64,000 bases of DNA from Massalongia carnosa (Eukaryota): positions 992,001 through 1,056,000 of the forward strand of contig OZ287077.1 in the NCBI GenBank assembly GCA_965645245.1, in the 5' to 3' direction. The notes below the pieces were generated by a model that was given only the letters and a program-made list of their open reading frames with translations, did not search any database and was not told where the DNA came from. Each line of letters begins with the position of its first letter. Positions within the stretch are counted from its first letter, which is position 1. The position numbers and the translations under genes are program-made. Positions 40,876 through 53,568 of the stretch are shown piece by piece.

Positions 40876-43800
40876 GTGGATGGTGGTGGTATCGAACAAA
40901 GGGGGGTTGGCGACGGGTGAGGTGAGAAGCCGAATGTGGATCTAGAACTAAGACCGGGGGTTAAGGAGGCCATCGAAAAGGACTTTCAAGAGCTTGTGCT
41001 GCAGCCATTGCGAAACGGTGTTATTGGCAGCCCTCTGGCGCAAGCATACCTACAGAGTACCTACACTGCACGAACGAGCCCTTGAACTCTTTTCCACCCC
41101 CCCCCCCCCCTCCCCCTGCCTCATATCCCCAGACCAGACTAGAGAGCAGAAAACAACTTATTCATCCGTCCATTCTCGGACTCTCGGGCGACTGATGGAT
41201 GGATTGTTGCGCTACATGCCTACCATCTACTTGTCATTCGCTTGCCACCTGCCTGATTGTCATCTCTCTCCCCCTCCACCTTCCGTCTATCTGGCTGATG
41301 CTCGGGTCACGATACGCTTAACTTTTACTAACCTGTTCGTTTATTTTATCTCTTGCTTTTATGCCCTCCCCCCCCCTCAAACCGGCAAAAGTTATCTCGC
41401 CTCTCCCCCAATCTTAAATACGACAGTGTTCATATGAATCCAGCCAGAACACACAAAAGGAAGGAAAGGAAGAAAAGGCCAAAACAACAACAACCCCCAA
41501 ATATTAAACAGACAGCTAGATACATTATCTATTTATCCATTTAACTTATATAAATGCTTTTCTTTTTCTTTTGGGAGACTTGCTATACTACCTAACATAA
41601 CATAACATCATACCTGTCTATCGTTAATCCCAGTTATCAGTTTCCTTTCCCGGATTCAGCAACGGTTTGTATGTATGCATATTATATATATATGCATCCC
41701 GCCAATTCGTTCGGCTGGTTCGATCGTCTATCTATCTATCTAGCTAGCTAGGTAAGTAGGTAGGTAGGTAGGTAGGCATCTATCTATCCATATATCTAGC
41801 TCCAAGATAAGAAAAAGACACCTCTCCTAATCCACTGCATATGAACAACCTCTTCTCCATCCCTTGGATTTCCCCTCCTTTCCTCATCTCGTAGATAGGT
41901 AGCAATCGGATGAACGCAAAAGCGATGAACGTAAACTACGCAAAAATGAGTTTGATCTAAATGTTTTGTTGTAGTTCGCTTGCGTAGGGCAGAATCGTTC
42001 GCATACCTTATTTTTTTGATTTTTTTGAGAGAGTATGGCTAAGCTCAACGTTGGAGATAGATAGATGGTATAGAGGGATTCAATTCATTCGTTTTTCAGG
42101 CGGTTAGTCTGTTCCTGGGTGCAGGGGCTGCTATGGAGGGGAGATGTGTGCCCCCCCCCCGGCTCTTCTAGGACGTTGTTGATGGATGCCCTGCCTCGCT
42201 AGTACGTCCTAACGATGCTGAACTTGCTCTTAGTCGTAGCTTAGTGAAATCTCTCTCTCACACACGGACAATGGGATTCCTTTCCTTATCGTGCACGACC
42301 ACGGATGTATGTACCTACCCCCCTCCCGGTAAGCCCTGCCGAGAAAAGCCTGGGAAACGGGAGGAATCAAGTCATCCATCATGCTCATGGCGGCGGCGCC
42401 TTCCTTCCGCTCGACATCTCTTCTAAGGTTACATATACACATTTTCTAGGGCTTTCTCACTCCCCGAATGCAGCGATGATATGGGCCCCTCTGAATCGGC
42501 CCCGTTTGAAGACATAATATGTTCGAAACCGCTGAGACAGGAAGCAGCTCGGGGTTTGCACGAACAGGCGAAGTTTCTCCAGCGTTGAAGCGATCCGAGG
42601 CCGAACCATCAGCGCGTGTTTTCCGACCCAATTCGCAACTACGAGTATATTTTGGTATATTCGAGGAAACCCTGGTCCTTTCGAATAACGACGATTACTA
42701 TAAGCTTTCCCTTCGTAGGCTGATGGATGAGAGAGCTCTTCAAGATCTCGCAAGAAAGCCCAGCCGGCGGCTTTGGCAGGATTTAAATTTCATCTTCGGC
42801 CAGAAAAAAGGGGGCAATGGTCCATGTTCTCTGCCGTCTCGAAAAGGTCGAAATAGCATCGCAGTCCAATCCAGCTTAGTCAGCCACTGATATTGCCATT
42901 GCCTGGTATCTGCTCATGTTATCAACAAGTGTTGCGTCAATATGCCTCACCATAACAGTCCTAGGATCTTCAAGGAGCTTTGAAGCGTCTATCTGTTTGT
43001 AGCATTGGAGGGGGCGTGGCTAATGGGTGCTCAGTACTTGCAAAGTAGAGAAACCCCCATAGCCTATTCTATCACCAGTCAACTAGAGTAGTATGGCTTT
43101 GGATAATCTAATAGCTTTTTGAGAGTAATTCATAGACTGGGGTGCAGCCAAGTCTCCCTACCTTTTCTGCTGCGGAGAAGAAGACGCAAGTCGTGTGTGA
43201 TGTCAAAACCAGCTTCTCTCCTGTCAAACGCTTTGTTTTGGATTGAGAAACGCTCTCATCAGCGGTCATTCAATACTGATGAACTCGACAGGCCTCACTG
43301 ATTTTAGATAGACCACCTATATCGACTCCCTTGAACGTTGTCGGAGATCATGCATTAACAAATTCGGGAATTGTAGAAAGCCCTTCCGGGTTGAAGGTGG
43401 CCTATGAAAACGAGAAGAAGTGTTCATACTTCCATATCTGATGAAGAACCTAGTCTTGGATCCATAAATTAGGAACTGCTAACAATTAGAAGTACCTTGT
43501 ACAAATCGCAAGAGAGGGCTGGGAAATGTATAGAATACGCCATGTACAAAGTCATAGTCTCCTACTGCTGAATATCGGTGTCCCACAGCACAAAATGTGC
43601 AATTTTTTCGACGTTGAAGCGTGTTAATTCTATCTGAAGCTGAAAGGTTTTGTACATGGAGCTACCGATTCTGCAAGTTGTCTCTTCATCGCGCAAAATC
43701 CAGCCAGCTTTGCGCCTGCGTGCTCGAGAGTATAAATGATACTGCCATCTGAGATCTAGAGACACTCGGTTATCGAGTGATCGTAATCTTCGGTGTATCA

Positions 43801-45866
43801 AAAGCGTTATGAGATTGTCTGGGTGGCCCATCTATAAGAATGGTTACTGTATGGGTTAATTGAATAAAATCAGCTTAATAGCCCAAAAAATTAATTTTCA
43901 CATGCCGATCTGGCATGATGGTATGCTGGATGAAATAAGCAGCTTTTCAGACTCTGCAACTGAATTATTTTCAAATCAAGATCCCGGTGTGGTATACACA
44001 TGCCAAACCATCAGCAGCGGGGCCAGTGGGGACTTCCAGACCCCCTGGTCGAATCAGGTGTGCTGGAGGTTTGAATGGGCTAAAGAACAAGAGAAAGGAC
44101 GCATGCAGGTTCTGGTTTGCCACCAATGTTCAGTCTGTTCGTTAAGCTATTCATTTAGCTTCTCAGTCAGCTACAATCTCGCTATCCATACAGCCAAAAG
44201 AGAAGACCATTGTCAGCGAAGCACTAGCAGTAGAGGATCGATCACAAAAAAGCGACGGCTGGGTAGTGCAGTGAAAAGCTAGATGAGTGGATAAGTAAAC
44301 GGCTAAAACGGCTGGACGGCTGAAAATTGAAAATTGAAAATCAAAACATCGAGAAATTGAACGACTGAATGGATAGATAGGTAGATAGATGAATTAGCGA
44401 TATGTGTAACTAGGAGGCTCACTGAATGGATGACGGAGGAAACGTGCATCCACCAATCTGATCGTATCATCCTCTCATATTACTAAGAGGCAAGGGCTGA
44501 AGATCCAATGTTGCAATTTATCCCAGAGGGACAGTTTATAAACGGTTTAAGCTGCCATGTAGGTAGTAAAACTGTATGCTAGAGCCCTATTGGTGCAAGG
44601 TCGCCTATGAGTACCTGATTGCCCATAAAGATGGGAAGATGAAGCAGAAGATCTTGCGGGTAAGAACGAGGCCCAGAACTAAAGCTTGGTGGTAACCCCT
44701 AAAGGACCCCTAAACTTAAAGTTCGGTCTCTCTCTCTTACTCTCTTCGGAGTAGCCGAAGATGTGACTACCACATAAGCGGGTGAGAACTTAAGGATACC
44801 TTGGAAACAAGCGACGCAAGTTCGAAGACATAGCGCCAAGGAATAGTCAAGGGATATTTAGATAGGTGGGATTTTAAGGCTGCATTGGGAACGAGGGTGC
44901 CCATTCCTTTTTAGTCAACGTAATCACCCCATAATAGCCGGTGGAACGGCATACCTAGATGTAAGGTACGGATGAGAACACATGGCAACAAGGTTGGCCG
45001 GCAAGGGGGGTGAAATTGACCACACCGCTGGGTAGGATTGGGGCTTATAGTTCTGCAGGAACACGCTGGAAGGAGAACGAAGTCTTCCCAACCTTTTCTA
45101 GAAGCATACCCCTCCAGCAAAGAACAAACTAGGTATTCGACACCGATCAGCCTGAGGATAAAAATGTAGTACTTACCCTATAGAATGCATGGGGATTCCA
45201 AACTAAGACACAAGTCGGCGGAACGAAGCCACCTCAAAGTGTTTCTAGAATAGCCCCAGGACGAAAGACACATGCGAGAAATTTGACAAGACGCAGGTAC
45301 GAGACGAGGACGGATGGTGATAGCAAGGTGTTCACCACGAAGGATTGCTATTCTTGTTGGTATTGTATTGTATTGTATTGTATCGTATCCGATTGGAACA
45401 CAGAAGTTGATGCTTGTTTCAGCATTCAGCGTTTAACATTACATCGATCGTTGGTAGTTCGCCGAATAGGAGGATTGGGGAGAGCTGAGGTAGCGTAGCA
45501 TCTCGCTTATCTTAGGCCCACGTGGAGACCAGGGGGATCAATGAATCCGGGGGGTCAGGGTAGGATTAGCTTGAGGGATGGAGATTGACAGGGTATCGAA
45601 GTTAGTAAAAGACGCTTGCCGAATGCAGGTGCAGGATTTACGCATAAGCAATATTATTGGCCTGCGGAGTCAGCGTGCAGAGTGACGGTGAGCTGGGAAA
45701 CTTTCGACATTCTCAGATGTCGGGTCATTTCGCCAGATCCGGCCTTGTCCGTTTTGCTATGCTGGCCAAATAGCGTCAGGTACGGTTGAACAAAGAAACG
45801 AAGCCAGCATGACGGCAGCCCCCAAGCCTCATAAGGAGAAGGCAGCCAGACTCCAACATTGCCATC

Positions 45867-45921
45867 ACCAACTTCCAACTTCCAACTTCCAACTTCCAAC
45901 ATCCAACATCCAACATCCAAC
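45867..45921 (+). repeat. 7-bp tandem repeat CCAAC(T/A)T, about 8 units
   Basis: ccaacttccaacttccaacttccaacttccaacatccaacatccaacatccaac. Confidence 0.9.
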
Positions 45922-48424
45922 AAGCATGCTCCGGTGTCTGCTGAATCAATTGGTGTTGGTCTTACAGAGGAAGTCGGCTACCCAACGGCGTGGTCAGTCT
46001 GAAACTTGATCGGTTTATTACTTGAAGAAGAAGGCTGGGTACTCGGTACCTTGTTACAGAATAGATGAGAACCGATAAAGGTCTTTTGGCTTTCCGTACT
46101 CTGTACCCTGTACTCCGTACTTACAAAGGGCTGTCTGCCATTCTACCAATCGAGAAGAAAGTTCCCCCACCGCCAAAAACATCCCGATTAGGATTCGGAT
46201 TGGAATAAATTGGGATTAATTAGGGTAAGACACTTGCAGATAACCTTTCCTTTAGAGTTTTATTGCACGTGTGATTTCCCTGGGGTTGTGTCAATCCTTC
46301 AGGCGCCAGCCATCTTCAGTGATCTTGGATTACCAACCTCTTTTGAATGTCTTGATGATGTGGATTTTCATGTAATCAATTGCAGTCTATCCTGCGATTG
46401 CTCCGACAATGATTGATAATGTGAATACTCCCACCAATAAATCGTGTGACGTGTGACGTTCTGATCAGTTATGATTCATGCCGATGGTTAAGTCATCGAT
46501 GACTCTAAGGTTCCAATCCTGGTCGTGATTGGAGAGCCACAGGACCATATTGGCATTATTGAAAGGGAGGTGTGGTGCTACCCTTTGTCTCGTGGCATTA
46601 AGTATGATGATGACTGCAGCGGAAGCATTGTAACCTAACCTAGGTACGTAGGGACTTCCCACGAGGAATTACTACGGAGTACCTCCAATCTCACATAGCC
46701 GAAGGACAACCAACGGACAACCAACGGACAACCAAGACAACCAACGAATAAAAAACCTTCTACGAGCCTTCTGGAAGGGGATACTCAAATTGCGCAAAGG
46801 CCCAGAGGCTCATGCAGCCCATTGGTTCCATTCAGAGACGTCCTTCCACTAGAGTTAGAACCAGGCGGACAAGATACGCATGTGTTTGAGGCTATGGGAA
46901 CTGATACATCATTGGTGGGCATGACCAATGTGGACTCGCGGTCAAGAAGAATCGCGCATGCTCGCTTTGTATTTCATCCACTCCAGCAGGTAATGAATGC
47001 GATTGGACCGTTCGCATGCTTCCTTGGCCGTTATTGCCCTGCAGCTTTTCCCCAGATGTACAGAGTACTCCAGTGGGAGGAGAGAAAAGCACTACGGAGT
47101 ACGCATTACATACACATTACGCCTTACGCATGGTTATGGAACATTCGGCATCGCCGTAGCCCTGATGGTCGCAATCATTTCCTAGATTCCGATTAATCAC
47201 ACCAAGTTGAAGCTGCCTATCATGGTTTGCTTTTGCGACATGGAACGTAATGTGAGAGTCATCGATGGACTTAAGACGGAGCTTAGGACATTTGTCATAA
47301 ATGCAGGCAGCACGTTACCTGGGCTGGTTAGAGCGGAAGATTGGAAATACAAATCCTGAGTCAGAATCAAATGACTCCCTACGAACAAGAAACACGGTGG
47401 AGGGTAGAGTGGAAAAACGGAAACGGAAACGGAAACGGAGATATCGACAATGTATTCCGTCATGACCGGATACTCCGTAACTCTCATGTGCAGGAAGACG
47501 GTGGGACATGATTACCGGAATCGGATTACTCTGCGAAGAGTGACTCTGCCTTTGCATTTTCCACGGAAATTGTCACGGAAATTGTCACTCGACTAGTTAC
47601 GACTGAGGACCACGAGGAAAGGACTCTGCACTTCGATATTTAGTTCGATATTTAGTGTAGGTGTTAAGGTCACGTGCTCTGTCCAGTCTATACTCCGTAC
47701 CTGTCGAGGATCGATGATTGGGGGTGGGGGATTTGTTGATTCGTAAGACGATTGCGAAAAGCGGTCTGATGGTTTAACGTTAGCGCGAGTCGGAGGTATG
47801 AGTGATTTGGTGTCCGACTATCTGTACAGAGTAATCCGTACGGTATCCCGGGGAGGTGGTAACACCCATGATGCGAAGCCTTGTGCCTTATGCCTGATGT
47901 CTAGTGGCTAATGCCTAATCCCCTACTCCGTCCTCCGTACTAGGTATTCCATCATTCACCGTCAAAGAATACACCCACCCCCCCGGGAACTGCGGACTGC
48001 GGTCTGGGGTGAGCTGAGAACCACATGTTACATACAACACTTGCAGAGTTACCCTTAATATTCCTATCGTAATCCATCTGCTCTGTACTGAAATGAAGCA
48101 ACATAAAGTATCCTCATCCCCCCCCCCAAATCGAGCTTATTTTGACCATCAAACCAAACTATCTCATCACGCACACAGAAAAACAACTAGCCTCATCAGT
48201 CTTGAGCAAACCTCAACTGCACAAGCCTCCACACCCGACTATCTACTCCCACCCTAACACCAATCTGGTTTAATAGGTTAGTCACTCTCTGGTTCCAGGC
48301 AGTCTTGAGCCTTCCCCCAATCACCGTGGTCGAGACCGAACAGAGTGGCTTCCCCATACTCACTGCCTGGCTGGCCCGTTTTGCAATTTCAGGCATCTGA
48401 CTCATTCATAGATAGCAAACAGAT

Positions 48425-49243
48425 ATGTCTTCAGGCCTTCGATTCTCCATCTCGGCTACCTTCTCGCAATCACCTCCCACTCCCGCAATTCAAAGAAGCT
48501 TACCACCACCGCTCAAAAAGAAGAAAATGAGCCTTACCCAAACCTATTTTCTTGCGCATACCGCCCGGGCCAAGCTCTCCAAGGAGGCTGCCCGGTCCGA
48601 CCATGATCTCCGCCTCCTTGTCGGCCATGCCAACCTTCTCGACGGCTTGATGCTTGATCTTGCCGACGCCGAACGGGAACAGGAGAGCTGGTTCAACAAC
48701 ACCGTACGAGGTGCGGCCAAGGCATCGGAAGAGCCCAAGCACATCCACTGGGCAGACGCCATACACGAGGAGGCATTGGAGGAGGACGAGGAGTCGGACG
48801 CAGAAGATTCCGACAGCGAATCCGATTCGGACGACGAGGATGTTCGCTATGCCCAGCCTATTCCTCTCCGCCACCAACAGCAGTTGACCTCAACCATCAC
48901 GACTATGGAGCTTGACGATGACGACGACGAGATGGAAGACGATGACTACGAGGACGGTCTCATGCTTACCCGAACATCATCGCATCCTCCAGAGCTTTTG
49001 CACGAGTTGGACTCGGAGTCCGATGATGACTCAATGCCGGCATCACCTCCACAAACGGAGATGCAACTCGACTCCTTTTCGGAAAAGCAACGGCAAGCCA
49101 TCGCTACCACATCCTTCTATCAATCGCTACCTAAATCATCGCCAATGGCCGCATCGTTACCGGAATCCGAACAAGCTTCCTTCTTCGATGAAGGCTTCTA
49201 CCTTCCGCAACGGCAGCAAACAGCCATACTCTCTGCCTATTAG
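48425..49243 (+). CDS. ECM13-like acidic protein (alternative ATG at 48527)
   Basis: MSLTQTYFLAHTARAKLSKEAARSDHDLRLLVGHANLLD motif followed by long D/E-rich tracts; single exon. Confidence 0.75.
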   Translation: MSSGLRFSISATFSQSPPTPAIQRSLPPPLKKKKMSLTQTYFLAHTARAKLSKEAARSDHDLRLLVGHANLLDGLMLDLADAEREQESWFNNTVRGAAKASEEPKHIHWADAIHEEALEEDEESDAEDSDSESDSDDEDVRYAQPIPLRHQQQLTSTITTMELDDDDDEMEDDDYEDGLMLTRTSSHPPELLHELDSESDDDSMPASPPQTEMQLDSFSEKQRQAIATTSFYQSLPKSSPMAASLPESEQASFFDEGFYLPQRQQTAILSAY

Positions 49244-50310
49244 GTGTCATTACGGGCGCCGTGTATTGGTGATAGTCTGGATTTACGAAAGCGATTGATA
49301 CCCGAGCAAGCGTTGAGCGGTTTATACATGTGTACAAAAAACATTTTCCGTCTTTGATATTCTTATTTGGGGTGGGACACTTTCGCACAGGATGCAAAAA
49401 AAATCTCCTTCATTTCTCTGTGGCACGCGTTGGCTACATCGAGATCGTTTACATGGGATTGTACGGGAATGTTTCTCTCTCATCGAGGGGGGAGGAGGAG
49501 TTGTGAGAGGCTGCTCACTTCCCTCCCCTGCACTCTGGAAGTTTGAGGTCGAGATAGATAAAATAAGGTAGCAACAAAACATCTCGCACTCACCATGTGC
49601 ATTCTGCTCTCCCAACCTGATTCTCCCATGCGCTTACCTCAGCTACCCGTCTACCTTCCATCCCAATTCTTCTGTCCATCTTTCATCCACTCCCGCCAAA
49701 CTCAATCGTGGCCTCACTTCCAACTACCCAACTGATTTTATTGCGCAAGTGCCTGCCTGCGAATTCCCCCCTCCGCCCCCTCACACCAAGGGACACAGCA
49801 GCCCAACGGAAAGTTGCCTGAATTCATTCATTGTCATAACAGGTTCGATATCTGTTACGAGTACATAGCGCTGGCCCAATGATGGGGTAGTAGTCTATCA
49901 GATAAGCACGGAGTTAACAGCAAAAACCCGTCCCCCTACCTTGACCAGGTAGGCTCCAGCTCCAGCTCCAGCTCCTTTCACCGCTTCGCTCAATTCCTTC
50001 CATCGGTTACAGAGTGCAGAGTAGGCAAAGTTGGCGTTTTTGGTTTTTTCTTTGGTTTGCGTACCTTCCTCGTTTCTTTCCTGGTACGGAGACACTTAGG
50101 TACACAGGACAAGCGTACGGACCCCCTACGTAATCATTCCCCAGGGCGAGTCTCGGTACTGAAACTCTAAATTCCCATCTCTTAAGGCCGAGAACACCCT
50201 TTCCGAAGATACCCCTACCAACTCACAAATTACCTCGCCAGGCTACTTCCTAACGGGGCAACTTTACTCCACGCTATCTATATGTCTAGGCACGCGCATC
50301 GAGATGGCAT

Positions 50311-50354
50311 TCGCATCCGCATCCGCATCCGCATCCGCGTCCGCATCCGCATCC
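50311..50354 (+). repeat. CGCATC hexamer microsatellite
   Basis: About 7 copies of cgcatc/cgcgtc. Confidence 0.9.
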
Positions 50355-51527
50355 GCGCCAGGCAGCAGCAGTCGGTTCCCCATGTAAGGTTACGGAAGCG
50401 AGAGCGAGCGAAAAGAGCAAAATCAAGGCAAAGAGAGGAGAGTAAAGGGAAGGGAAGGGAAGAGGGGAGAGATAAACTCCCCGAGAGCCCGAGGCTCCGA
50501 ACCGAGCGGATGGGATAGGTAAGGTAGATGGACGGACGGAAGCGACAGACAGCCGGACGCGACGGACTTTTGGCGAGGGGATGAGGGATGATGACGCATG
50601 TGATGTGATGGATGTGATGGATGTGATTTGATGGATGTGATTTGATGGAGATGCGTGGAAGTGGAGGCATGTCTCGGTGGATAGGTGGGTGCTAGTCGGG
50701 ACATACCTGAATGTAAAGTCCGAGCTTCTGTTTGGGACAGTTCACGGGTTTTGTGGAGGGGGGGGGGGAAGGGGGGGGGGAGAGGGGGGGGAGAGGGGGG
50801 GGAGGGAAGGGAAGGGAAGGGGGGTTGAAAGGAGTGTTTCAGCAGCGGTGTGATTGGGGGTTTGGGAAAGAAGAGTGGGGATTTGGTGTTTCGTCTCTAT
50901 CTACTCGATACAGAGTTCTCTTGTGGGGAGGGGGAGGATTTCAGAGGCTGATTGACAATGATGGGGCAACATCTGAGCTGGTTGTGTAGGATGGTAGGAT
51001 GGTGGACTGTTGAGCCTCACGTAGGTACGGACAGACGGAGTGATGCCCAGGGGGTTTTCCAATCCTGAAGCGATCATTACCTAATCATGATTTGGATATT
51101 GATGAACCTGCAAAGGCCCGCGAACAGCGCAACCCGGTCTCTCATCAAAAAACACGCTTGTCGGCCAGCATGTATGACGCATCCATTCGTTGCTTCATCA
51201 TTGATATCGTCGATCTACCGACAACATACGCGCAGCATCACATTCTTGAACGGGCGTGAAACTCGCACCTCGGCTTGTAGCGTACGTATTTGAAGTTACG
51301 TATGGAAGTTATCCCACGAACCGAAGTGAGTGAGCATTGAAGCCGACTTTCCCTCCATGCCAACTCAATTCCATAGTTTGCTTTTCACCGAACCAAGCCT
51401 CATACACGCCTAAGCCCGAAACATCATCCGGAACACCCCCTCCCCCTCGCCTCCCACACTTCCCTTGGGCACAGCAATCTTGTCGTGCAAAGTAGAGTTG
51501 AAACCTGTCATAGGACTTTCAGGGCTG

Positions 51528-53199
51528 ATGGCCCGACCATCTTCCCCCACCTCGTTATCTCCCAACTCCTCCGCGCCGCCTCCTGCGGAACCACAGGATC
51601 GCAACAGTGCCAATCAGCAACATCCTTTCCGCCCCAAACTCACCTTTGCTGAGCTGGAAACGCGGCGCCCTTCGGTGCAGTTCGCCGCCCCGAATGATCG
51701 GGGCCTGCGCGCGGCGAACGCGAAGCCACATCCGTCGCAGCCTTTGAGGAGGATGTCCTCGCCTCCACCGCCTTCGTAAGTGATCAATCCAGCCGCACCT
51801 GGCGCAGCATTTCTCATTGGGGTGTTGTTGGCCATGTACGTGAGATGTGTGATTGGTTTCTGCCTCGTCAGTGACATTTTCCGACACAGGGCGCGAGACG
51901 CTAAACTCGCTTAAAAGGAGCTGCTAAAAAGTCGGGGTTTCAGTTACCCAACTATCGGGAGACGTTATCGATATCTAATCTGGTGTTTGCATTATCGCAT
52001 TATCGATAGCAATTCTTACGCTGACTGTTGCCAACCTTGTACCAAGTAGGACCTACGAAAATCGCGTGTCGTTCAATACCTTTGATAATCGCGATGCCAC
52101 GGACTTTTCTTTCTCGTTGGCTTCAAAGCACAAAAACTATTCATACAGTTCGAGATCTCGTACTTTTCTGTGCGGGACGGACCAAAATGACTATTCGGAA
52201 TTTGCGCTGGAATGGCTGTTGGATGAGTTGGTGGAGGATGGAGATGAGATCGTGTGCTTGAGGGTGGTCGACAAGGATAGCAAGATCAACAGCGATGCCA
52301 GTGTGCAGCAAGGCAGATACAAGGTCGAGGCTCGAAAGCTCCTGGAGCATATTCAGGAGAAGAACCAACAGGATGCAAAGTGTATCAGCTTGATCTTAGA
52401 ATATGCTCTTGGGAAGGTCCCGGAGACCATTCAACGGATGGTTTGTGCCCATCACCCGTTTCTCGATGTGCGGGTAAAAGGGTCCATGTTGACGCACAGA
52501 TGCCTCTAGATCACCATATACTCTCCTGCTTGCCTCATCGTCGGAACACGTGGTCGCTCCCTCGGTGGTTTTCAAGGTCTACTTCCTGGCTCGGTCTCTA
52601 AATACTGCCTGCAGAACTCCCCCGTCCCGGTGGTTGTTGTCCGCCCCAGTAACAAGCGCGAGAAGAAGAAGCAAAAACGTCGCGAAGATCCAAGGAGGCA
52701 AAGCTACCGCAGCATATTGGAGCAAAGCGGCGCGGATGGAAGCCAAATGCTCGATAAAGGGGAAGGGGAGACGATGGTTCGGCACCCTGGTGGCGAGGCC
52801 AGCGAGAACGAAGCCGACGCCGTTGCGAGAGCAATCGGCGCTTTCACCGAGTATCAGAAAAAGCCAAGCGGCCAAGATGGCGAGGAAACCCTGTCGCGAG
52901 TTGCAAGTTCCAAAAGTAACTATACAAGCGGTCCAGATAGCCCTGGCCCGACCGGACGTTTGAGCCCGGACGAGCCAACGCCAGGCGACTCGATCACTCC
53001 CGAGTTCGCGGCATTGAACACTCCAGAAATGAGCGAGGAGGAAGACGAGGGTAACGAGGCGGTCGATGAGGACGTTGATGAGGAGGCCGATGATGAAAGG
53101 CGGGTCCGGAAGAAAGCACCCATCCTTAAAGCAAGGAAGATGGAAGCCGGGGAAGGGAAGTATTTGAAGCCCGACTCCAGCATCACCGATGACACATGA
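51528..53199 (+). CDS. Universal stress protein (Usp) domain protein (exons ~51528-51775, 52050-52440, 52510-53199)
   Basis: SRTFLCGTDQNDYSEFALEWLLDELVEDGDEIVCLRVV, LIVGTRGRSLGGFQGLLPGSVSKYCLQNSPVPVVVVRP. Confidence 0.88.
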
Positions 53200-53218
53200 A
53201 GGGCCTGTAAGTTTCACA

Positions 53219-53287
53219 GGCTGTTGGCATAAGTTGTTGGCATAGGCTGTTGGCATAGGCTGTTGGCATAGGCTGTTGGCATAGGCT
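53219..53287 (+). repeat. 14-bp tandem repeat GGCTGTTGGCATAG-like, about 5 units
   Basis: ggctgttggcataagttgttggcataggctgttggcataggctgttggcataggctgttggcataggct just after the Usp stop codon. Confidence 0.9.
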
Positions 53288-53568
53288 ACGATGTAATGGA
53301 ATACCCCTACGCTTGTGCCAAGCGGATGCTGATGGAGATTACGTTGGAGTTGATAACCCATCGAACCACCTACACCGACGTGCTGTCAATGTGAAACCAA
53401 ATAAATGCTACCTTTGCCTATTTCTTACCCGTAGTGCCGTATCTATTCGTACTCGCCACGCCGGGTCCATGTTTTGCCTCAAATCGCCTTTTCAATAACA
53501 GTCTCGTCGGAAGCACACCAAAGCACATAAACACGCCGGATGAATCGGATCTCTTGCGCGACGCATCA

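Noticed and set aside
51836..51889. Nested intron inside Usp intron 1
   Set aside because: Weak branch point, and its removal is not required for the reading frame; not supportable without reads.
53219..53287. CRISPR-like array
   Set aside because: Head-to-tail 14-mers with no spacers in a eukaryotic locus; an ordinary minisatellite.
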